This document shows positions 37,081 to 50,760 of a stretch of DNA of 64,000 nucleotides, in pieces; the stretch's first letter is position 1; every line of letters begins with the position of its first letter. Source of the DNA: a bacterium. GTDB taxonomy: Bacteria > UBA8248. The notes beneath the pieces are model-generated. The model did no database searches and had not been told where the DNA came from. It was given only the letters and a program-made list of their open reading frames with translations. The stretch lies in contig CBDCRP010000002.1 of the NCBI GenBank assembly GCA_965221165.1, forward strand, positions 864,001 to 928,000. Reading direction: 5' to 3'. Position numbers and translations under genes: made by a program.

Positions 37081-37977
37081 CTAGTCGAGATCCCTGTCCA
37101 GCAGTTCGATGAAGCGCTTCACGCCGCCGTGGAGCGGTTTGTCGCGCCTGTAGATGATGCCCAGGGGCCGGATGATGCGCTCCCCCTCGAAGGGCAGCAC
37201 GGTCAGCGTGTTCATGGCTCTTTCGTTCTGAACGGCCGAACCCGGGAGAATGCTCACCCAGGTGTCGATGAAAAGCGCTTCCTTGATGCTCTCCACGTTG
37301 TCGAACTCCATGACGACGTCCACGCTCACGCCCGCTTTGCGGAAGGCCCTGTCTATCGCGCTGCGGATCCGGAGGTCGCCATCGAACGCCACGAACGGCT
37401 CGCCTGCGAGATCGGATAGTTTCACCATGTGCCGAAAAGCCAGTTGATGCCCCGGATGGGATACGAAGAACATGGGCTCCTCCTTGAAGGGAACGACCCG
37501 GAGCGCCTTGTCTCGCGGAGGATAGGAGAGAATCCCGATGTCCGCCGCGTCATCCAGAACCGATTGCACCACCTTCTCGGGATGCAGGCATTCCAGGAGA
37601 ACCCGCGCCTGGGGATACAAGGCGCGAAACCGCTGCATGTACGCGCCCATCTGGTGAAGCCCCACCGAGTAGATGGCGGCGACGTGCACCTGCCCGTGCA
37701 CCTCGCCGATGCCGTGTGATATTTCCGTGCACACCTGGTCGAATTCCCCGAGCAGCTTCCGGCACCCCTCGTAAAACCGGGCGCCTTCTTCCGTGATGTC
37801 GAAGGGCCGCTTGCTTCTGTCGAGCAACTCGACGCTCAAATCCCCTTCCAACTGGCGAAGGGCCTGACTCGCCGCGGACTGGGTCACGCCGCTTTGAGCA
37901 GCTCCCTTGGAAAAACTTCTCTCCTGGATAATGCGGCAATACAGCCTCAAGGTCTCGATATTCATGGGGAAGAACAT
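37081..37977 (-). CDS. LysR-family regulator divergent from gltBD
   Basis: SFSKGA...TQSAASQALRQLE HTH plus substrate-binding domain. Confidence 0.9.
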   Translation of the reverse strand: MFFPMNIETLRLYCRIIQERSFSKGAAQSGVTQSAASQALRQLEGDLSVELLDRSKRPFDITEEGARFYEGCRKLLGEFDQVCTEISHGIGEVHGQVHVAAIYSVGLHQMGAYMQRFRALYPQARVLLECLHPEKVVQSVLDDAADIGILSYPPRDKALRVVPFKEEPMFFVSHPGHQLAFRHMVKLSDLAGEPFVAFDGDLRIRSAIDRAFRKAGVSVDVVMEFDNVESIKEALFIDTWVSILPGSAVQNERAMNTLTVLPFEGERIIRPLGIIYRRDKPLHGGVKRFIELLDRDLD

Positions 37978-38173
37978 ACAATATAAATAATTCTAATGCA
38001 ATATATTAAATATTTTAGTTTGTCTTATTTTCAAGGGTATGTTACAGTCCAGATTCTGTTGTATGGAAATCACCACACGATATCCATAAGACACATTCAG
38101 GAGTTCCCTCGGACCATGGGAAGACAGGGAACTTGCCGAGCGAGATTCCCTGAGAAAGAAAGTTGGTGAAACG

Positions 38174-41100
38174 ATGAGAAAGCCCTTACAAAAACAGGGT
38201 CTGTATGATCCTGCCTTCGAACACGACGCATGCGGCGTCGCTTTTGTCGTGGACATCAAGGGACGCAAATCCCACGACATCGTCGAAAAATCCCTCACCA
38301 TTCTCCGCAACCTCGCCCACCGGGGGGCCACGGGTTCTGAAATCAACACGGGCGACGGGGCGGGAGTTTTAATCCAGATACCCGACAAGTTCCTGCGCAA
38401 GGCCTGTGAGGCCGAAAAATTCAGGATTCCGGCGGAAGGCCGCTACGGGGTGGGTTCGGTGTTTCTCCCCAAATCCCCGAGCCGGGCGAATGAGTGCGAG
38501 CAAATCTTCGAGTCCATCGTGTACGAGGAGGGCGCCGTCGTTCTCGGCTGGAGGCCGGTGCCGAACGATCTCTCCTCGGTCGGGCCCACGGCGCGCGAAG
38601 CCGCGCCGCAATTTCGCCAGGTCTTCATCGGCGGATTCGACGACTCCCTCGACGCCATGGGGATAGAACGACGGCTCTACGTCATCAGAAAGCGCGTGGA
38701 GCACGCGATTCGCGAGTCGGACATAAGAGACAGGGACGAGTTCTTCATCCCCTCGCTCTCCGCGCGCACGATGGTCTACAAGGGTATGCTCACCGCGAAA
38801 CAACTCGAAGACGTATTTCCGGATCTGAGCGACCCGGACATGGAATCGGGACTGGCCTTGATCCACTCGCGCTTCTCCACCAATACGTTCCCCTCCTGGC
38901 CCCTGGCGCACCCGTATCGATGCCTCGCCCACAACGGCGAGATCAACACCTTGCGCGGCAACATCAACTGGATGCGCGCCCGGGAGGTGTTTTGCGAATC
39001 TCCGCATCTGCCCGATCTCGAAAAAGTCCTGCCCATCATCGTCGAGGGCGGAAGCGATTCGGCGATCTTCGACAACGTGCTGGAATTTCTCTACATGGCC
39101 GGCCGGGAAATGCCGCATGCCGTGTTGATGATGATTCCCGAGCCCTGGGTGGGCCATGAGTCCATGAGCGCGGAGAGAAAGGCATTTTACGGGTTCCACG
39201 CCAGCCTCATGGAGCCGTGGGACGGCCCCGCCTGCATCACGTTCACCGATGGTTCGGTCATCGGCGCCGCGCTGGACAGAAACGGCCTGCGGCCCGCCAG
39301 ATACTACGTCACGCACGACGACCTGCTCGTCATGGCGTCCGAGGTGGGCGTTCTCGACATTCCGCCCGAGAACGTAAAGCTCAAAGAACGCCTACACCCG
39401 GGACGAATCCTCCTCGTGGACACCGAAGAGGGCCGCATCGTCGACGATGAGGAAATCAAGTCGCGCTATGCGTCGGAGCATCCATACAAGGAGTGGCTGG
39501 AGGCGCACCTGGTGCACCTGAACAAGCTGCCGGACGCTTCGGAACTTCCCGAACCCGACCACCAGACCATCCTCAAAAGACAAAAAATCTTTGGGTACAC
39601 CCAGGAAGATCTGCGATTTTTCATCGGCCCCATGGTGAACCTGAAAAACGATCCCACGGGTTCTATGGGCAACGACGCGGCGCTTGCCGTCCTCTCGAAC
39701 CGGCCCCGTCTCCTGTACGATTATTTCAAGCAGCTTTTCGCCCAGGTGACGAACCCGCCCATCGACGCCATTCGCGAAGAAATCGTCACGCAGCTATCCT
39801 CCACCGTAGGCCCGCAGAAAAACCTGCTGGCCTCGGAACCCGACTCCTGCCAGCAGGTGAAGCTCGATTCCCCCATTCTCAGCAACGGGGATATCCACAA
39901 ACTCGCCCGCATCAATCGGCCGGGTCTGAGAGCGGTCACCCTGCCCATTCTCTTCTGGGCCGAAGATGGCCCCGAGGGCCTCAAGCAGGCGATGGAGGAG
40001 TTGTGCAGAAAGGCCAGCCGCGCCATCGAGCAGGGCTATAGTTTCATCATCCTCTCGGACCGAGGCGTATCGAAAGAATACGCCCCGATCCCCGCCCTTC
40101 TGGCCACCGCCGGCGTTCATCACCATCTCGTGCGGGAGGGAACCAGAACGCGCATCGGGCTTATCCTCGAAACGGGCGAAGCGCGTCAGGTGCATCATTT
40201 GTGCCTGCTGCTCGGCTTCGGGGCCGCGGCCATCAACCCGTATCTCGTTTTTGAAACCATCGACGACATGATCAGAAACGGGCTTATCGAGGACATCGAC
40301 CCCGACACGGCCAGGAAGAACTACATCGCCGCGCTCAACAAGGGCATCCTCAAGGTGATGTCCAAGATGGGCATCTCGACCATTCAGTCGTATCGCGGCG
40401 CGCAGATATTCGAGGCCATCGGCTTAAAACGCGATTTCGTCAAAAAATATTTCACCTGGACGGCCTCGCGCATCGGTGGAATCGGCATCGACGTCGTGGC
40501 CCAGGAAACGCTGAAGCGGCTCAAAACCGCTTTTCCCGACCGGCCCGTCGGCTCCCAGGAACTCGAAGGGGGAGGAGACATCCAGTGGCGCCGGGACGGG
40601 GAATTCCACCTGTTCAACCCCGAGACGGTCTTCAAGCTGCAGCACTCCACGATGTCGGGACGATACGAGATTTTCAAGGAATATACGGACAAGGTCGACA
40701 ACCAGAACAAGCATCTGGCCACGCTGCGCGGTCTTCTGGATTTCAGGACGGCGGAGAAACCCATCCCCCTCGAGGAGGTGGAGCACGCCGAGGAAATCAT
40801 GAAGCGCTTCAACACGGGAGGCATGTCCTACGGCGCCTTGAGTTCCGAGGCCCACGAGACGCTGGCCATCGCCTTAAACCGCATCGGCGGCAAGTCCAAC
40901 TCGGGCGAAGGCGGAGAGGACTCGAAGCGCTATACCCCCGATGAGAACGGCGACCTCAGGCGAAGCGCCGTTCACCAGGTGGCGTCGGGGCGCTTCGGCG
41001 TGACGAGCGAGTATCTGGTCAACTGCACCGACCTGCAGATAAAAATAGCCCAGGGCGCGAAGCCCGGTGAGGGAGGACAGCTCCCCGGCCACAAGGTCTA

Positions 41101-42730
41101 TCCCTGGATAGCCAAAACCAGGCACTCCACGCCCGGGGTGGGGCTCATCTCCCCGCCGCCGCATCACGACATCTATTCGATTGAAGATCTGGCGCAGTTG
41201 ATATACGACCTCAAAAACTCGAATCCGCAAGCGGGCGTTCACGTGAAGCTCGTCTCAGAAGTCGGCGTCGGCACCGTCGCGGCGGGAGTCTCCAAGGCCC
41301 ATGCCGATACGATCCTCATCTCGGGCCACGACGGCGGAACGGGCGCCTCTCCCATCACGAGCATCCTCCACGCGGGCACCCCCTGGGAGTTGGGGCTTGC
41401 CGAAACCCAGCAGGTCCTCGTGCTCAACAGGCTGCGCGACAGGGTGGCCGTCCAGGTGGACGGGCAGATGAAAACCGGGCGCGACGTAATCGTGGGCGCT
41501 TTGCTGGGCGCGGATGAATTCGGGTTTTCCACCGCGCCGCTCGTCGTCATGGGCTGTATTATGATGCGCGTGTGCCATCTGAACACCTGCCCCGTCGGCG
41601 TCGCCTCCCAGGACCCGAAACTGCGCGAGAAATTCGACGGAAAGCCGGAGTTCGTGGAGAATTTCTTCCGCTTCGTCGCCGATGAAGCGCGCGAATACAT
41701 GGCCATGCTCGGCTTCCGATCGATGGCCGAGATGATCGGGCGCGTGGACAGGCTCGACACCAAAAAGGCGGTGAACCACTGGAAGGCGAAGGGCCTTGAT
41801 TTCTCGGCCATCCTCCATAAGCCGGACGCCGGACCCGACGCGGCGATGCACCAGATCACCAGGCAGGACCACGGACTCGAACGCTCGCTCGACATGCGGG
41901 AACTGCTTCCCAGGTGCAAGGATGCGATCGAGGGCAAAACGCCGATAGCCTTCGAGCTTCCCATCCGCAATACCCACAGAACCGTCGGCACCATCACGGG
42001 TTCCGAGGTAACGCGCGCGCATGGCGCGGAGGGCTTGCCCGAAGACACCATCCGCATTCACTTCACCGGCTCCGCCGGGCAGAGCTTCGGCGCCTTCGTA
42101 CCCAAGGGCATGACCCTGACGCTCGAGGGCGACGCAAACGATTACATGGGCAAGGGGCTCTCGGGCGGGAAACTGATCGCCTATCCCCCGAAAGGGGCGG
42201 GTTTCGCGCCGGAGGAGAACATCATCATCGGAAACGTGGCGCTCTTTGGAGCCACGTCGGGAGAGGCGTATTTCCGGGGCGTGGCCGGCGAGCGTTTCTG
42301 TGTGCGAAACAGCGGCGCGCATACGGTGGTGGAGGGCGTGGGTGACCACGGTTGTGAATACATGACGGGCGGCCTCGTCGTCATACTCGGAAAAGCGGGG
42401 CGAAACTTCGCCGCGGGAATGTCGGGAGGCGTCGTCTACGTGCTGGATGAAGAGGGCGACTTCGAGAGGCGCTGCAATACGGAAATGGTGGATATCGAAC
42501 CCTTGCGGGCGCCGGATGACGTCGAAGAAGTGAAGGCCCTCATCCAAAAACACATCGAACATACGGACAGCGCGCGGGCCAGGGATATTCTCGACGCCTG
42601 GGATGCGCACCAGCCCATGTTCGTAAGGGTGATGCCCCGGGACTACAAGCGCGCGCTCACCGCCATCGAGGAGGCGAAAGAAAAAGGCATCCCGTGGGAA
42701 GAAGCCGTCATGGAGGGAGCCCATGGGTAA
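38174..42730 (+). CDS. gltB: Glutamate synthase large subunit
   Basis: [37 protein letters not shown]. Confidence 0.98.
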   Translation: MRKPLQKQGLYDPAFEHDACGVAFVVDIKGRKSHDIVEKSLTILRNLAHRGATGSEINTGDGAGVLIQIPDKFLRKACEAEKFRIPAEGRYGVGSVFLPKSPSRANECEQIFESIVYEEGAVVLGWRPVPNDLSSVGPTAREAAPQFRQVFIGGFDDSLDAMGIERRLYVIRKRVEHAIRESDIRDRDEFFIPSLSARTMVYKGMLTAKQLEDVFPDLSDPDMESGLALIHSRFSTNTFPSWPLAHPYRCLAHNGEINTLRGNINWMRAREVFCESPHLPDLEKVLPIIVEGGSDSAIFDNVLEFLYMAGREMPHAVLMMIPEPWVGHESMSAERKAFYGFHASLMEPWDGPACITFTDGSVIGAALDRNGLRPARYYVTHDDLLVMASEVGVLDIPPENVKLKERLHPGRILLVDTEEGRIVDDEEIKSRYASEHPYKEWLEAHLVHLNKLPDASELPEPDHQTILKRQKIFGYTQEDLRFFIGPMVNLKNDPTGSMGNDAALAVLSNRPRLLYDYFKQLFAQVTNPPIDAIREEIVTQLSSTVGPQKNLLASEPDSCQQVKLDSPILSNGDIHKLARINRPGLRAVTLPILFWAEDGPEGLKQAMEELCRKASRAIEQGYSFIILSDRGVSKEYAPIPALLATAGVHHHLVREGTRTRIGLILETGEARQVHHLCLLLGFGAAAINPYLVFETIDDMIRNGLIEDIDPDTARKNYIAALNKGILKVMSKMGISTIQSYRGAQIFEAIGLKRDFVKKYFTWTASRIGGIGIDVVAQETLKRLKTAFPDRPVGSQELEGGGDIQWRRDGEFHLFNPETVFKLQHSTMSGRYEIFKEYTDKVDNQNKHLATLRGLLDFRTAEKPIPLEEVEHAEEIMKRFNTGGMSYGALSSEAHETLAIALNRIGGKSNSGEGGEDSKRYTPDENGDLRRSAVHQVASGRFGVTSEYLVNCTDLQIKIAQGAKPGEGGQLPGHKVYPWIAKTRHSTPGVGLISPPPHHDIYSIEDLAQLIYDLKNSNPQAGVHVKLVSEVGVGTVAAGVSKAHADTILISGHDGGTGASPITSILHAGTPWELGLAETQQVLVLNRLRDRVAVQVDGQMKTGRDVIVGALLGADEFGFSTAPLVVMGCIMMRVCHLNTCPVGVASQDPKLREKFDGKPEFVENFFRFVADEAREYMAMLGFRSMAEMIGRVDRLDTKKAVNHWKAKGLDFSAILHKPDAGPDAAMHQITRQDHGLERSLDMRELLPRCKDAIEGKTPIAFELPIRNTHRTVGTITGSEVTRAHGAEGLPEDTIRIHFTGSAGQSFGAFVPKGMTLTLEGDANDYMGKGLSGGKLIAYPPKGAGFAPEENIIIGNVALFGATSGEAYFRGVAGERFCVRNSGAHTVVEGVGDHGCEYMTGGLVVILGKAGRNFAAGMSGGVVYVLDEEGDFERRCNTEMVDIEPLRAPDDVEEVKALIQKHIEHTDSARARDILDAWDAHQPMFVRVMPRDYKRALTAIEEAKEKGIPWEEAVMEGAHG

Positions 42731-44174
42731 GCCGACGGGATTTGTGGAATTCGGCAGGGAAGCGCCCAGGACGAGGCCCGTGGACGAGCGCGTCCAGGAC
42801 TGGAACGTGGTCTACCTCCCCACACCGCACGAGACGCTCCAGCGCCAGGGTGCGCGGTGCATGGACTGCGGCATTCCCTTCTGCCATGAGGGATGCCCGC
42901 TGGGAAACCTGATTCCCGACTGGAACGACCTGGTCTACAAGGACTTATGGAAAGACGCCATCGATCGGCTCCACGCGACGAACAATTTCCCCGAGTTCAC
43001 CGGCTGGCTCTGCCCGGCTCCGTGCGAGGATTCCTGCGTTCTCACGATCAACGACTCTCCGGTGACGATAAAAGAGATCGAAAAATCCATCATCGAGCAC
43101 GCTTTCGAGCAAGGCTGGGTGGAGCCGACTCCCCCCGAAGTCCGCACGGGCAAGAAAGTCGCCGTCGTGGGTTCGGGTCCTGCGGGCCTGGCCGCGGCCC
43201 AGCAACTCAACTGGGCGGGGCACTATGTGACCGTGTTCGAGCGCGACGACAAGCTCGGCGGCCTCATGCGCTACGGCATACCGGATTTCAAGATGGACAA
43301 GACCTACATCGACCGGCGCACGCGCCAGATGGAAGAAGAGGGGGTGGCGTTCCGGGTGAACGCGAACGTGGGCGTCGACCCCAAGGTGTCCGACTTAGAG
43401 GAAGAGTTCGACGCGGTCGTGCTGGCCGCAGGCGCTCTGCAGCACAGGGATTTACAGATTCCGGGCCGCGAGATGGAAGGCATCTACTTCGGCATGCAGT
43501 ATCTCACCATGCAGAACCGAAGGCTCGCGGGCGAGGACATACCGGATGAGGAGTTCATCACCGCGCGCGACAAGCACGTGGTCGTCATCGGAGGCGGCGA
43601 TACGGGCGCCGACTGCGTGGGCACCGCGCACAGACAAGGGGCCAAATCCATCCGGCAGTTCCAGTACCACCCGCGTCCGCCGGACAAGAGAGACCTGCTG
43701 AGCGACCCCTGGCCGAACTACGCGCACATTTTCCGCACCCCACCGATCTATGAAGAAGGCGGTAAGCGCATCTTCCAGATTCAGACCCGCCGGTTTATGG
43801 GCGAAGACGGCCACGTCAAGAAAATCGACACCGTGCGGGTGGACGAAACCCAGGACGAGAACGGAAGGGCCGTATTCACAGAGATTCCGAATACGGAAGA
43901 AGAAATCGAAGCGGACCTCGTCCTCCTCGCCATCGGCTTTCAGGGGCCCGACTGTCATCCCCTGATGGACGAGTTGGCGCTCGAGCGCACCGAGCGCGGC
44001 GCGGTGGACCGCGATGAGCGATGGATGACCAGCGCGCCCGGCGTCTTCGTGGCGGGCGACATGATGCGCGGCGCCTCCCTGGTCGTCTGGGCGATTGCGG
44101 ATGGACGCTCCTGCGCCCGCGCCGTGGATAAATACCTGATGGGAGAATCCTACCTGCCCGCTCCGCTGGATTAG
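42723..44174 (+). CDS. gltD: Glutamate synthase small subunit
   Basis: [30 protein letters not shown]. Confidence 0.97.
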   Translation: MGKPTGFVEFGREAPRTRPVDERVQDWNVVYLPTPHETLQRQGARCMDCGIPFCHEGCPLGNLIPDWNDLVYKDLWKDAIDRLHATNNFPEFTGWLCPAPCEDSCVLTINDSPVTIKEIEKSIIEHAFEQGWVEPTPPEVRTGKKVAVVGSGPAGLAAAQQLNWAGHYVTVFERDDKLGGLMRYGIPDFKMDKTYIDRRTRQMEEEGVAFRVNANVGVDPKVSDLEEEFDAVVLAAGALQHRDLQIPGREMEGIYFGMQYLTMQNRRLAGEDIPDEEFITARDKHVVVIGGGDTGADCVGTAHRQGAKSIRQFQYHPRPPDKRDLLSDPWPNYAHIFRTPPIYEEGGKRIFQIQTRRFMGEDGHVKKIDTVRVDETQDENGRAVFTEIPNTEEEIEADLVLLAIGFQGPDCHPLMDELALERTERGAVDRDERWMTSAPGVFVAGDMMRGASLVVWAIADGRSCARAVDKYLMGESYLPAPLD

Positions 44175-44346
44175 GGGCGCGGACACCAACTATCCCACCA
44201 AATCCCCTCTCGAAACTGCACCTCCTGGGCGCTCAAAGGGTTCTATTTTTGAACGGACGGACAAAAGAGTTGACACGGCCGTTATTCCCGTATATTCTCA
44301 GTGCAATGCGAATGCAAAACGAATGTTATGCGAACGGAGTATCATC

Positions 44347-44718
44347 ATGAGCCAGGAAATTCTCACCGCCATCGCCAAGCTAGACGAGAAAACGACCGGC
44401 GCCATCGCCAAGCTAGACGAGAAAACGACCGGCGCTATCGCTAAACTGGACGAAAAAACAAGCAAGGCCGTTTCAGATATAAGAAACGAAATCGCCGCTT
44501 TCAGGAAAGAAACCAACCAGCGGTTCGAGGGATTGGAGCAACGGTTCAAGGGGATGGAGCAGCGATTCGAAGGATTGGAGCAGCGGTTCGAGGGAATGGA
44601 GCAGCGATTCGACAAACTTGAATCAGAGATGAGCGATGGTTTCGTAAAACTCGACGGCCGCATGGTGAGTTTGGAGGCGCAAGTAGAAGCCCTAAGAGAT
44701 AACAAGGAGTGGGAATAA
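44347..44718 (+). CDS. Coiled-coil protein with internal tandem repeats
   Basis: AIAKLDEKT(T/S) x3 (33-bp unit) and about four QRFEG(L/M)E heptads (21-bp unit). Confidence 0.7.
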   Translation: MSQEILTAIAKLDEKTTGAIAKLDEKTTGAIAKLDEKTSKAVSDIRNEIAAFRKETNQRFEGLEQRFKGMEQRFEGLEQRFEGMEQRFDKLESEMSDGFVKLDGRMVSLEAQVEALRDNKEWE

Positions 44719-44989
44719 GGAACATACAAGGAAATCCCGTCCGGGAAATACCGCGCCCAAGGCAGGATTCGCCCCGCATCTTCCCAATCGCGGGTCAGGC
44801 CCTTCATACATCAAGCTGCACGAAAACCCAGAGGGGAGGCGAAAGCCTCTCCTCCTTTTTGTCGCTTCCGATGATTCGACCATCAAGCCACATAATTACC
44901 GGAGGAACAAGCCCGGCAAAGCGCACCTTTGTCAAGCTCGTTGCTTTATCGCTCTGCTGCTGCGGAACCCCCTGCAAAATCGAAACGCC

Positions 44990-46003
44990 CTAATTCGCCA
45001 GCGCCTTGTTCTTGATGGGCCGGATATCGAAAACCCCGGGCTTTTTGATATCCACCATCACCTTCACGGCGTGCATGTGTTTCGCGCCGAAAACCTCGAG
45101 GGCAAGGAGGTTCGCCGCTTTTTTCTGGAGCGGGCGCGTGATCCGGTGTTTATGGCTGTCGCCGTAGATCAGCAGGACCGGCTTTTTGAACGCGACGGCC
45201 TTGGCCGTCAGCGCATCGCCGAACCTCTTGAAGCCCGATGCGCCCGAAAACGCTTCTTTTTTCCTGGAAAAAAACCCGGCCCTGAACATATCGGCGTGAA
45301 CCGCGAGCACGAGCGCCTTGGCGTTTGCGGCGATGGCCTTATCGAAACCCGCGTTCAGCCAGGCGACGTTCGCCTTATCGCGGGCGAAGAACTCCGCGAC
45401 GGCGCGCCGATCGCGCACCTCGAAGTTGTTGTTCGAACCCACGACGTGGGCCGTCACGAAATGCACGCCCTCTTTTACGAAGCGCGCGTTCTCGGGGTAC
45501 TTGTCGAAATCCTTCATGGCGTCCGGCTGGCGCACGAGCTTCATCGTGGCCTTGCCGAGCGAGCGCGGGCCGCCTGCGAAGAACGTCTTTCGCAAGAAGG
45601 CGAGCCTCTCGAGCGGCGAGAAACGGCCGGCTTTCTTGCGGTGGCAATCGGTCCATTCATTATCGCCGGGCGTGTAGACGAGAGGACCTTCGAAGGAATT
45701 CATGAAATTAAGCTGATCGCGCAGCATCTTGTCCGAACACGGGGTGGAGCCTGATTTGATGTCGCCTATGTGTATCGTGAAGGCGGGTTTCAGGGCGTTT
45801 ACCTGGGAGATCAACGTCCTGAACGGCCCGTAAACCTTCTCCGGCTTTCCGTAAGGCATGTCGCCGAGGGCCACGAACGTGAACGGCTTGTCGGCCGAGG
45901 CGGACCCCGCCGTCAGTATGAGGAGCGCCAGCGCGCAGAACAACGCGCCGAACCATTTGCGCAAGGGCAAAGCGAAATTCTTCATCGACCCCATTCCGTC
46001 CAT
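44990..46003 (-). CDS. Secreted calcineurin-like metallophosphoesterase
   Basis: GDMPY, HIGDIK, PGDNEWTDC, GDSH motifs; signal peptide. Confidence 0.8.
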   Translation of the reverse strand: MDGMGSMKNFALPLRKWFGALFCALALLILTAGSASADKPFTFVALGDMPYGKPEKVYGPFRTLISQVNALKPAFTIHIGDIKSGSTPCSDKMLRDQLNFMNSFEGPLVYTPGDNEWTDCHRKKAGRFSPLERLAFLRKTFFAGGPRSLGKATMKLVRQPDAMKDFDKYPENARFVKEGVHFVTAHVVGSNNNFEVRDRRAVAEFFARDKANVAWLNAGFDKAIAANAKALVLAVHADMFRAGFFSRKKEAFSGASGFKRFGDALTAKAVAFKKPVLLIYGDSHKHRITRPLQKKAANLLALEVFGAKHMHAVKVMVDIKKPGVFDIRPIKNKALAN

Positions 46004-46247
46004 CTCCTATTCATACCACAATAAAAGATTCGGCATCTCCGCCTAAGTACGAAGACGCCGTCCTAAAAACTGGAGATAACATCCGTTCCAAGACCTGTGT
46101 TTTTGTTTCTACTCACAGCCTGCAACAGGGTGGAATATAGAGAATAAATTTGGGGAAGGTGTTACAAAAAGGTGGCGATTCCATGTTTTTTCGACAAATC
46201 GAGACGCTGAACTGCGTCCGCGCCTCACCCGCGCAGCGGGGCGAAAC

Positions 46248-47153
46248 CTACCTGCGCCAATCCAGTCTCTCCGCCATGCGCAGGATGATGTCCGCTCGGT
46301 TGAGCGCGTAGATGTGGAAATGCCTGACGCCCATCGCCATCAACTCCTGAATCTGGGCCGCCGCCAGGTCTGCTGATTTTTCCTGAAACGCCTCAGGCTT
46401 ATCCTCGTAGGGCGCGAGAGCATCGACGACGCTTCCGGGCACGCTCGCCCCGCATTTTTGGGCGAAGCGCTGCACCTGCGCCACGTCGCGCACGGGCAGG
46501 ATGCCGGGGGCCAGGGGTATGCGCACGCCTCTTTTTTTCGTCTGCTCGAGAAACCGCTCCCAGACATGCGCCTCGAAAAAGAACTGGGAAGCCGCGTAAT
46601 CGACCCCCTCGTCCACTTTCTGGACGAAGTGATCCATATCCCTGGTCTTATCGGGCGTTTCGGGGTGGCCCTCGGGATAGCACGCCACGCCTATCGAGGA
46701 GAACCCGCCGAGAGCCTTCAGCCAGCGCACCAGGTCGGCGGCGTAGCGAAATCCGCCGGCCACGGCCTCATCGCGCGTCATTTCTTCGGGAATGTCTCCG
46801 CGAAGCGCCAGAATGTCGCGCACATCGTTTTCCTGATAAACCGCCATCAGGCGCGAGATTTCCGCCTCGTTCGCACCCACGCAGGTGAGATGCGCCACCA
46901 CGCGCCCCGGATAGCGCCTCGCCAGTTCGAGCACGAGTTCCAGCGTGCCCTCCCGCGTGGAGCCGCCCGCCCCGTAGGTGACCGAGGTGAAGGCTATATC
47001 CATCACCTCCTGAATCGCGGCCACCTCGCGCAGCGCGCGCTCCACGGCCTTGCGCCCCTTGGGCGGATAGAGCTCTATGGAAACGCTGACCTCAGGAGAG
47101 CGGATGCTCTCGATAATCGCGGACAATCCACTACCCCTGCCCGGCCCCGCCAT
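46248..47153 (-). CDS. metF: Methylenetetrahydrofolate reductase
   Basis: SIELYPPK, SVTYGAGG, AHLTC, LALRGD, YPEGHPE. Confidence 0.93.
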   Translation of the reverse strand: MAGPGRGSGLSAIIESIRSPEVSVSIELYPPKGRKAVERALREVAAIQEVMDIAFTSVTYGAGGSTREGTLELVLELARRYPGRVVAHLTCVGANEAEISRLMAVYQENDVRDILALRGDIPEEMTRDEAVAGGFRYAADLVRWLKALGGFSSIGVACYPEGHPETPDKTRDMDHFVQKVDEGVDYAASQFFFEAHVWERFLEQTKKRGVRIPLAPGILPVRDVAQVQRFAQKCGASVPGSVVDALAPYEDKPEAFQEKSADLAAAQIQELMAMGVRHFHIYALNRADIILRMAERLDWRR

Positions 47154-47239
47154 ACGGACTCCGGGTGCATGAGAGACGCAAAAAAACGGGCACGGGGCAA
47201 ATCCACCCCGCGCCCAGCAACACGAAATCCAAAAACAGG

Positions 47240-47704
47240 TTAGCCCAGACCCTCGACAGCCGCAAAGAGTTTCTCATCGTCTGGCTTCTCGGGCGGAGCG
47301 GCCGTCACCTCCATGTAGGCGACGTTCCCCTCTTTGTTGACGAGAACCACCGCGCGGTTGCTGAACCCCTTATCGTTCAGGAACCCGTAGGCCGCACACG
47401 TTCCCTTGCCGAAGAAATCGCTCAGCAGCGGGAATTCGATGCCGTATTTCTCCGCCCAGGCGGCATGCGCGAACGGACTGTCCACGCTGATGCCGATAAC
47501 CTCGCAGTCGGCGGCGTCGAATTTCGCCTTCTCCGCCTGATAGGCGGGCAACTGCTCGCTGCACACGGAGGAGAAATCGAACGGGTAGAAGCAAAGGAGA
47601 ACGTTTTTCTCTCCGCGAAAATCACTCAGCTTCACCGTATCGCCCTCGGCGAGGGTTCTCGGCAGTTCAAAATCAGGTGCTGCATCACCTACGCTCAGAC
47701 TCAT
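47240..47704 (-). CDS. Peroxiredoxin (AhpC/TSA, AhpE-like)
   Basis: [29 protein letters not shown]. Confidence 0.9.
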   Translation of the reverse strand: MSLSVGDAAPDFELPRTLAEGDTVKLSDFRGEKNVLLCFYPFDFSSVCSEQLPAYQAEKAKFDAADCEVIGISVDSPFAHAAWAEKYGIEFPLLSDFFGKGTCAAYGFLNDKGFSNRAVVLVNKEGNVAYMEVTAAPPEKPDDEKLFAAVEGLG

Positions 47705-47717
47705 GAAATAGCCCCCC

Positions 47718-48305
<588 letters not shown>

Positions 48306-48556
48306 TTCGTTTTCTCCTAGATGGGAATGGAATGTTCCTATTCACATGGTAAAAACCAAACCAATGAGGCCGCGGCCTCGTACATTCTCAAAAAACCGCC
48401 GAATCACACGAGCGGCGAAAATAAGACGCTGCGGAGAAGTTTTTCATTTTTGCGCAAACTCGAATCTCTGCCCCTGGTTCACAAGAGGCCGCATTCTACT
48501 TTTAGGGATTAGCTTACGTCAAATCTCATCCTGCACGGAATCCGCCCGAGTCCCGT

Positions 48557-49455
48557 CTATTCGGGCGCGCCCATTCTCTGGATTTGGTCGAAATCGCGGT
48601 AGAGTAGCGATAAATCCTCCTCGATCATCCCCCGCGCGACGGCTTTTCGCAAAAACGCGAGGGTGCCCTCGGCCAACTGGACGTCCGCGCGGCGCTTTTT
48701 CCCGATGCCGACGGCTAACCCTACGTCTTTTTGCAGGTTGTAGATGCGCGCCTGCCCGTTCCACGCGCCCGAGAGGATGTTGTTGGGAAAGCGGTGGCGG
48801 CTTGCGTAGCTATAAGCCGTCGATGCGTTGAAGACGTCTATCATGTCCTCGACGCGCATCCCGAGCCGCTCGACGAGGCGCGCTCCCTCGCACGTCGCCA
48901 GAAACATCGTGTGAAGCACCATGTTGTGGATGAGCTTCATGGTGTGGCCGGAGCCCTGCGCTCCCAGATGAAAGGTGTTCGAAACGAAGGGTTTCAAGTA
49001 TTTCCTCGTGCGCTTAAGGAGCGCCTCGTCCCCCCCGATCATGAGCGTCAGCTTGCCCTCCAGGATGCCGGCCGGCCCGCCGCTCATGCCTGCGTCGAGA
49101 TAACCCGCGCCCGCGCGCTCGGCGCGCTTGGCCAGGCGTTTCGTCTTCGCCGGGTCCGAGGTCGTGAGGTCGTAGATAACCAGCCCTTTTCGCGCGTTTT
49201 TGAGCAATCCGTCCTTTCCCCGAAAACACGCCGCGATTTCATCAGAAGAAGGCACGACGAAGAAAACGACCGCGCAGGATTTCCCCATCTCACCGGGGGT
49301 GGCGAGCGTGACGCCCTTGGTCTTCTCGAACGGTCGGTGGCATCTTCTGAAACATCCCAGAGCATCAAGGGCATCTTCGCGCCGATGAACCGCTGCGCCA
49401 CGGGATTCCCCATGCGGCCCAGACCGATGACGCCCACGCTGTTTCGTTTCGCCAC
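48557..49455 (-). pseudogene. 3-hydroxyisobutyrate dehydrogenase-family oxidoreductase with a 1-nt frameshift near 49340
   Basis: GVIGLGRMG N-terminus in one frame; DAGMSGG/KLIHN body in another. Confidence 0.75.
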
Positions 49456-49495
49456 GTAACACCTCGGAGGGGATAATCCGGATGATGAATTCTGA

Positions 49496-49572
49496 TGGAG
49501 CCGACGACCGGACTTGAACCGGTGACCTGCTGATTACGAATCAGCTGCTCTACCTGTCTGAGCTACGTCGGC
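49496..49572 (-). tRNA. tRNA-Thr(CGT)
   Basis: Cloverleaf; anticodon arm CTGAT-TCGTA-ATCAG; GGTTCAAGTCC; CCA end. Confidence 0.95.
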
Positions 49573-49756
49573 TGAAAGAGCATGGAACCCTGGTGAGGCT
49601 CGCGTTCCCCATGAGGATGGTATTGAACACGCCGCTCCCGCCTTCGTCAAGCCGAGAGGCGGCGAGACGGCCCGAAATTTGCGATTTCCCGCCACTTGTG
49701 GTTTCATTCTAAGGCTTGACTTGCGAGCCGACGCATCGTAAACCTCTTTTCTCTTT

Positions 49757-49829
<73 letters not shown>

Positions 49830-50007
49830 CTACAAATCACCCCGAACTTCATTCGGGTTCCGTTTAATTTCCGAAGGAACGCCCCTCCCCCCCATCGTTG
49901 GATGGGGAACGGGCTTGTTCCCATAGACGGCCGGGCCGGTTGGCGCGCCGTTTTGGAGGAACGCGGACTTTTAGACTGATTTTTTCATATTTTCTGGGAG
50001 ACACCGC

Positions 50008-50745
50008 ATGGACAGAAGCATCTGGGCGACCTGGTACGACCTGCCGAAAGAAGACGAAGAAGAGTACAACGACTGGCTGCACCACACGCACATCAAGGAT
50101 GCGCTCAAACGTCCCGGCTACATGTGGGCGGCCCATTATGAGCTCGTGGACAGGGAATCGCCCAAATCGAAGAAAAAAGACCACTTGGCCTACACGGACG
50201 ACCCATCGATCCCCGGCGGCACGGAGTTTCTTCTCCTCTTCGGGGCCGCGAGCGCGGAGGTATTCCTGAGTCCCAACCCGGCCCAGCTCAAAGAAACCTA
50301 TTCCGATGAAACGAACGCGATGCTCACCAAGAGAATCGGCGAGCGCACGGGCATCTTCACGGAAGTCGACAGGGTGAACGGCCCGGACGCAGCCACCCGC
50401 GCAGTCGGCGGCGTGCCCGCGCCGATAGTCCAGATGGGCACGTTCAACTGCTTCACGCCCGAGGACGATTTCGACCTGAGTTCCTGGTACGCGCAGGACC
50501 GCCTGCCCGCGATGAAGTACATGCGCGGCTGCGTCGGCACGCGCAAGCTCGTCTCCGTGGCGGGCTGGGCGAAGCACAGCATTTTTTATGAATTCGCCTC
50601 GCTCGAGAAAGTCCTCGAGCACTACCCGCGTGTGGACAAGCTCTTCCCGGGCGAGAACGACTGGTCGTATCACGTATGCCAGCGCCTGCTCCACGCGCCC
50701 GGCTCGCCCACGCGCGGCAAGCGCATCTGGCCGCCGGTGGAATAA
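50008..50745 (+). CDS. Hypothetical protein (duplicated EthD/DUF4286-like alpha-beta barrel)
   Basis: Two W(L/Y)...H/R.P repeats; first gene of the operon. Confidence 0.65.
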   Translation: MDRSIWATWYDLPKEDEEEYNDWLHHTHIKDALKRPGYMWAAHYELVDRESPKSKKKDHLAYTDDPSIPGGTEFLLLFGAASAEVFLSPNPAQLKETYSDETNAMLTKRIGERTGIFTEVDRVNGPDAATRAVGGVPAPIVQMGTFNCFTPEDDFDLSSWYAQDRLPAMKYMRGCVGTRKLVSVAGWAKHSIFYEFASLEKVLEHYPRVDKLFPGENDWSYHVCQRLLHAPGSPTRGKRIWPPVE

Positions 50746-50760
50746 GTGGAGGACGCACTC

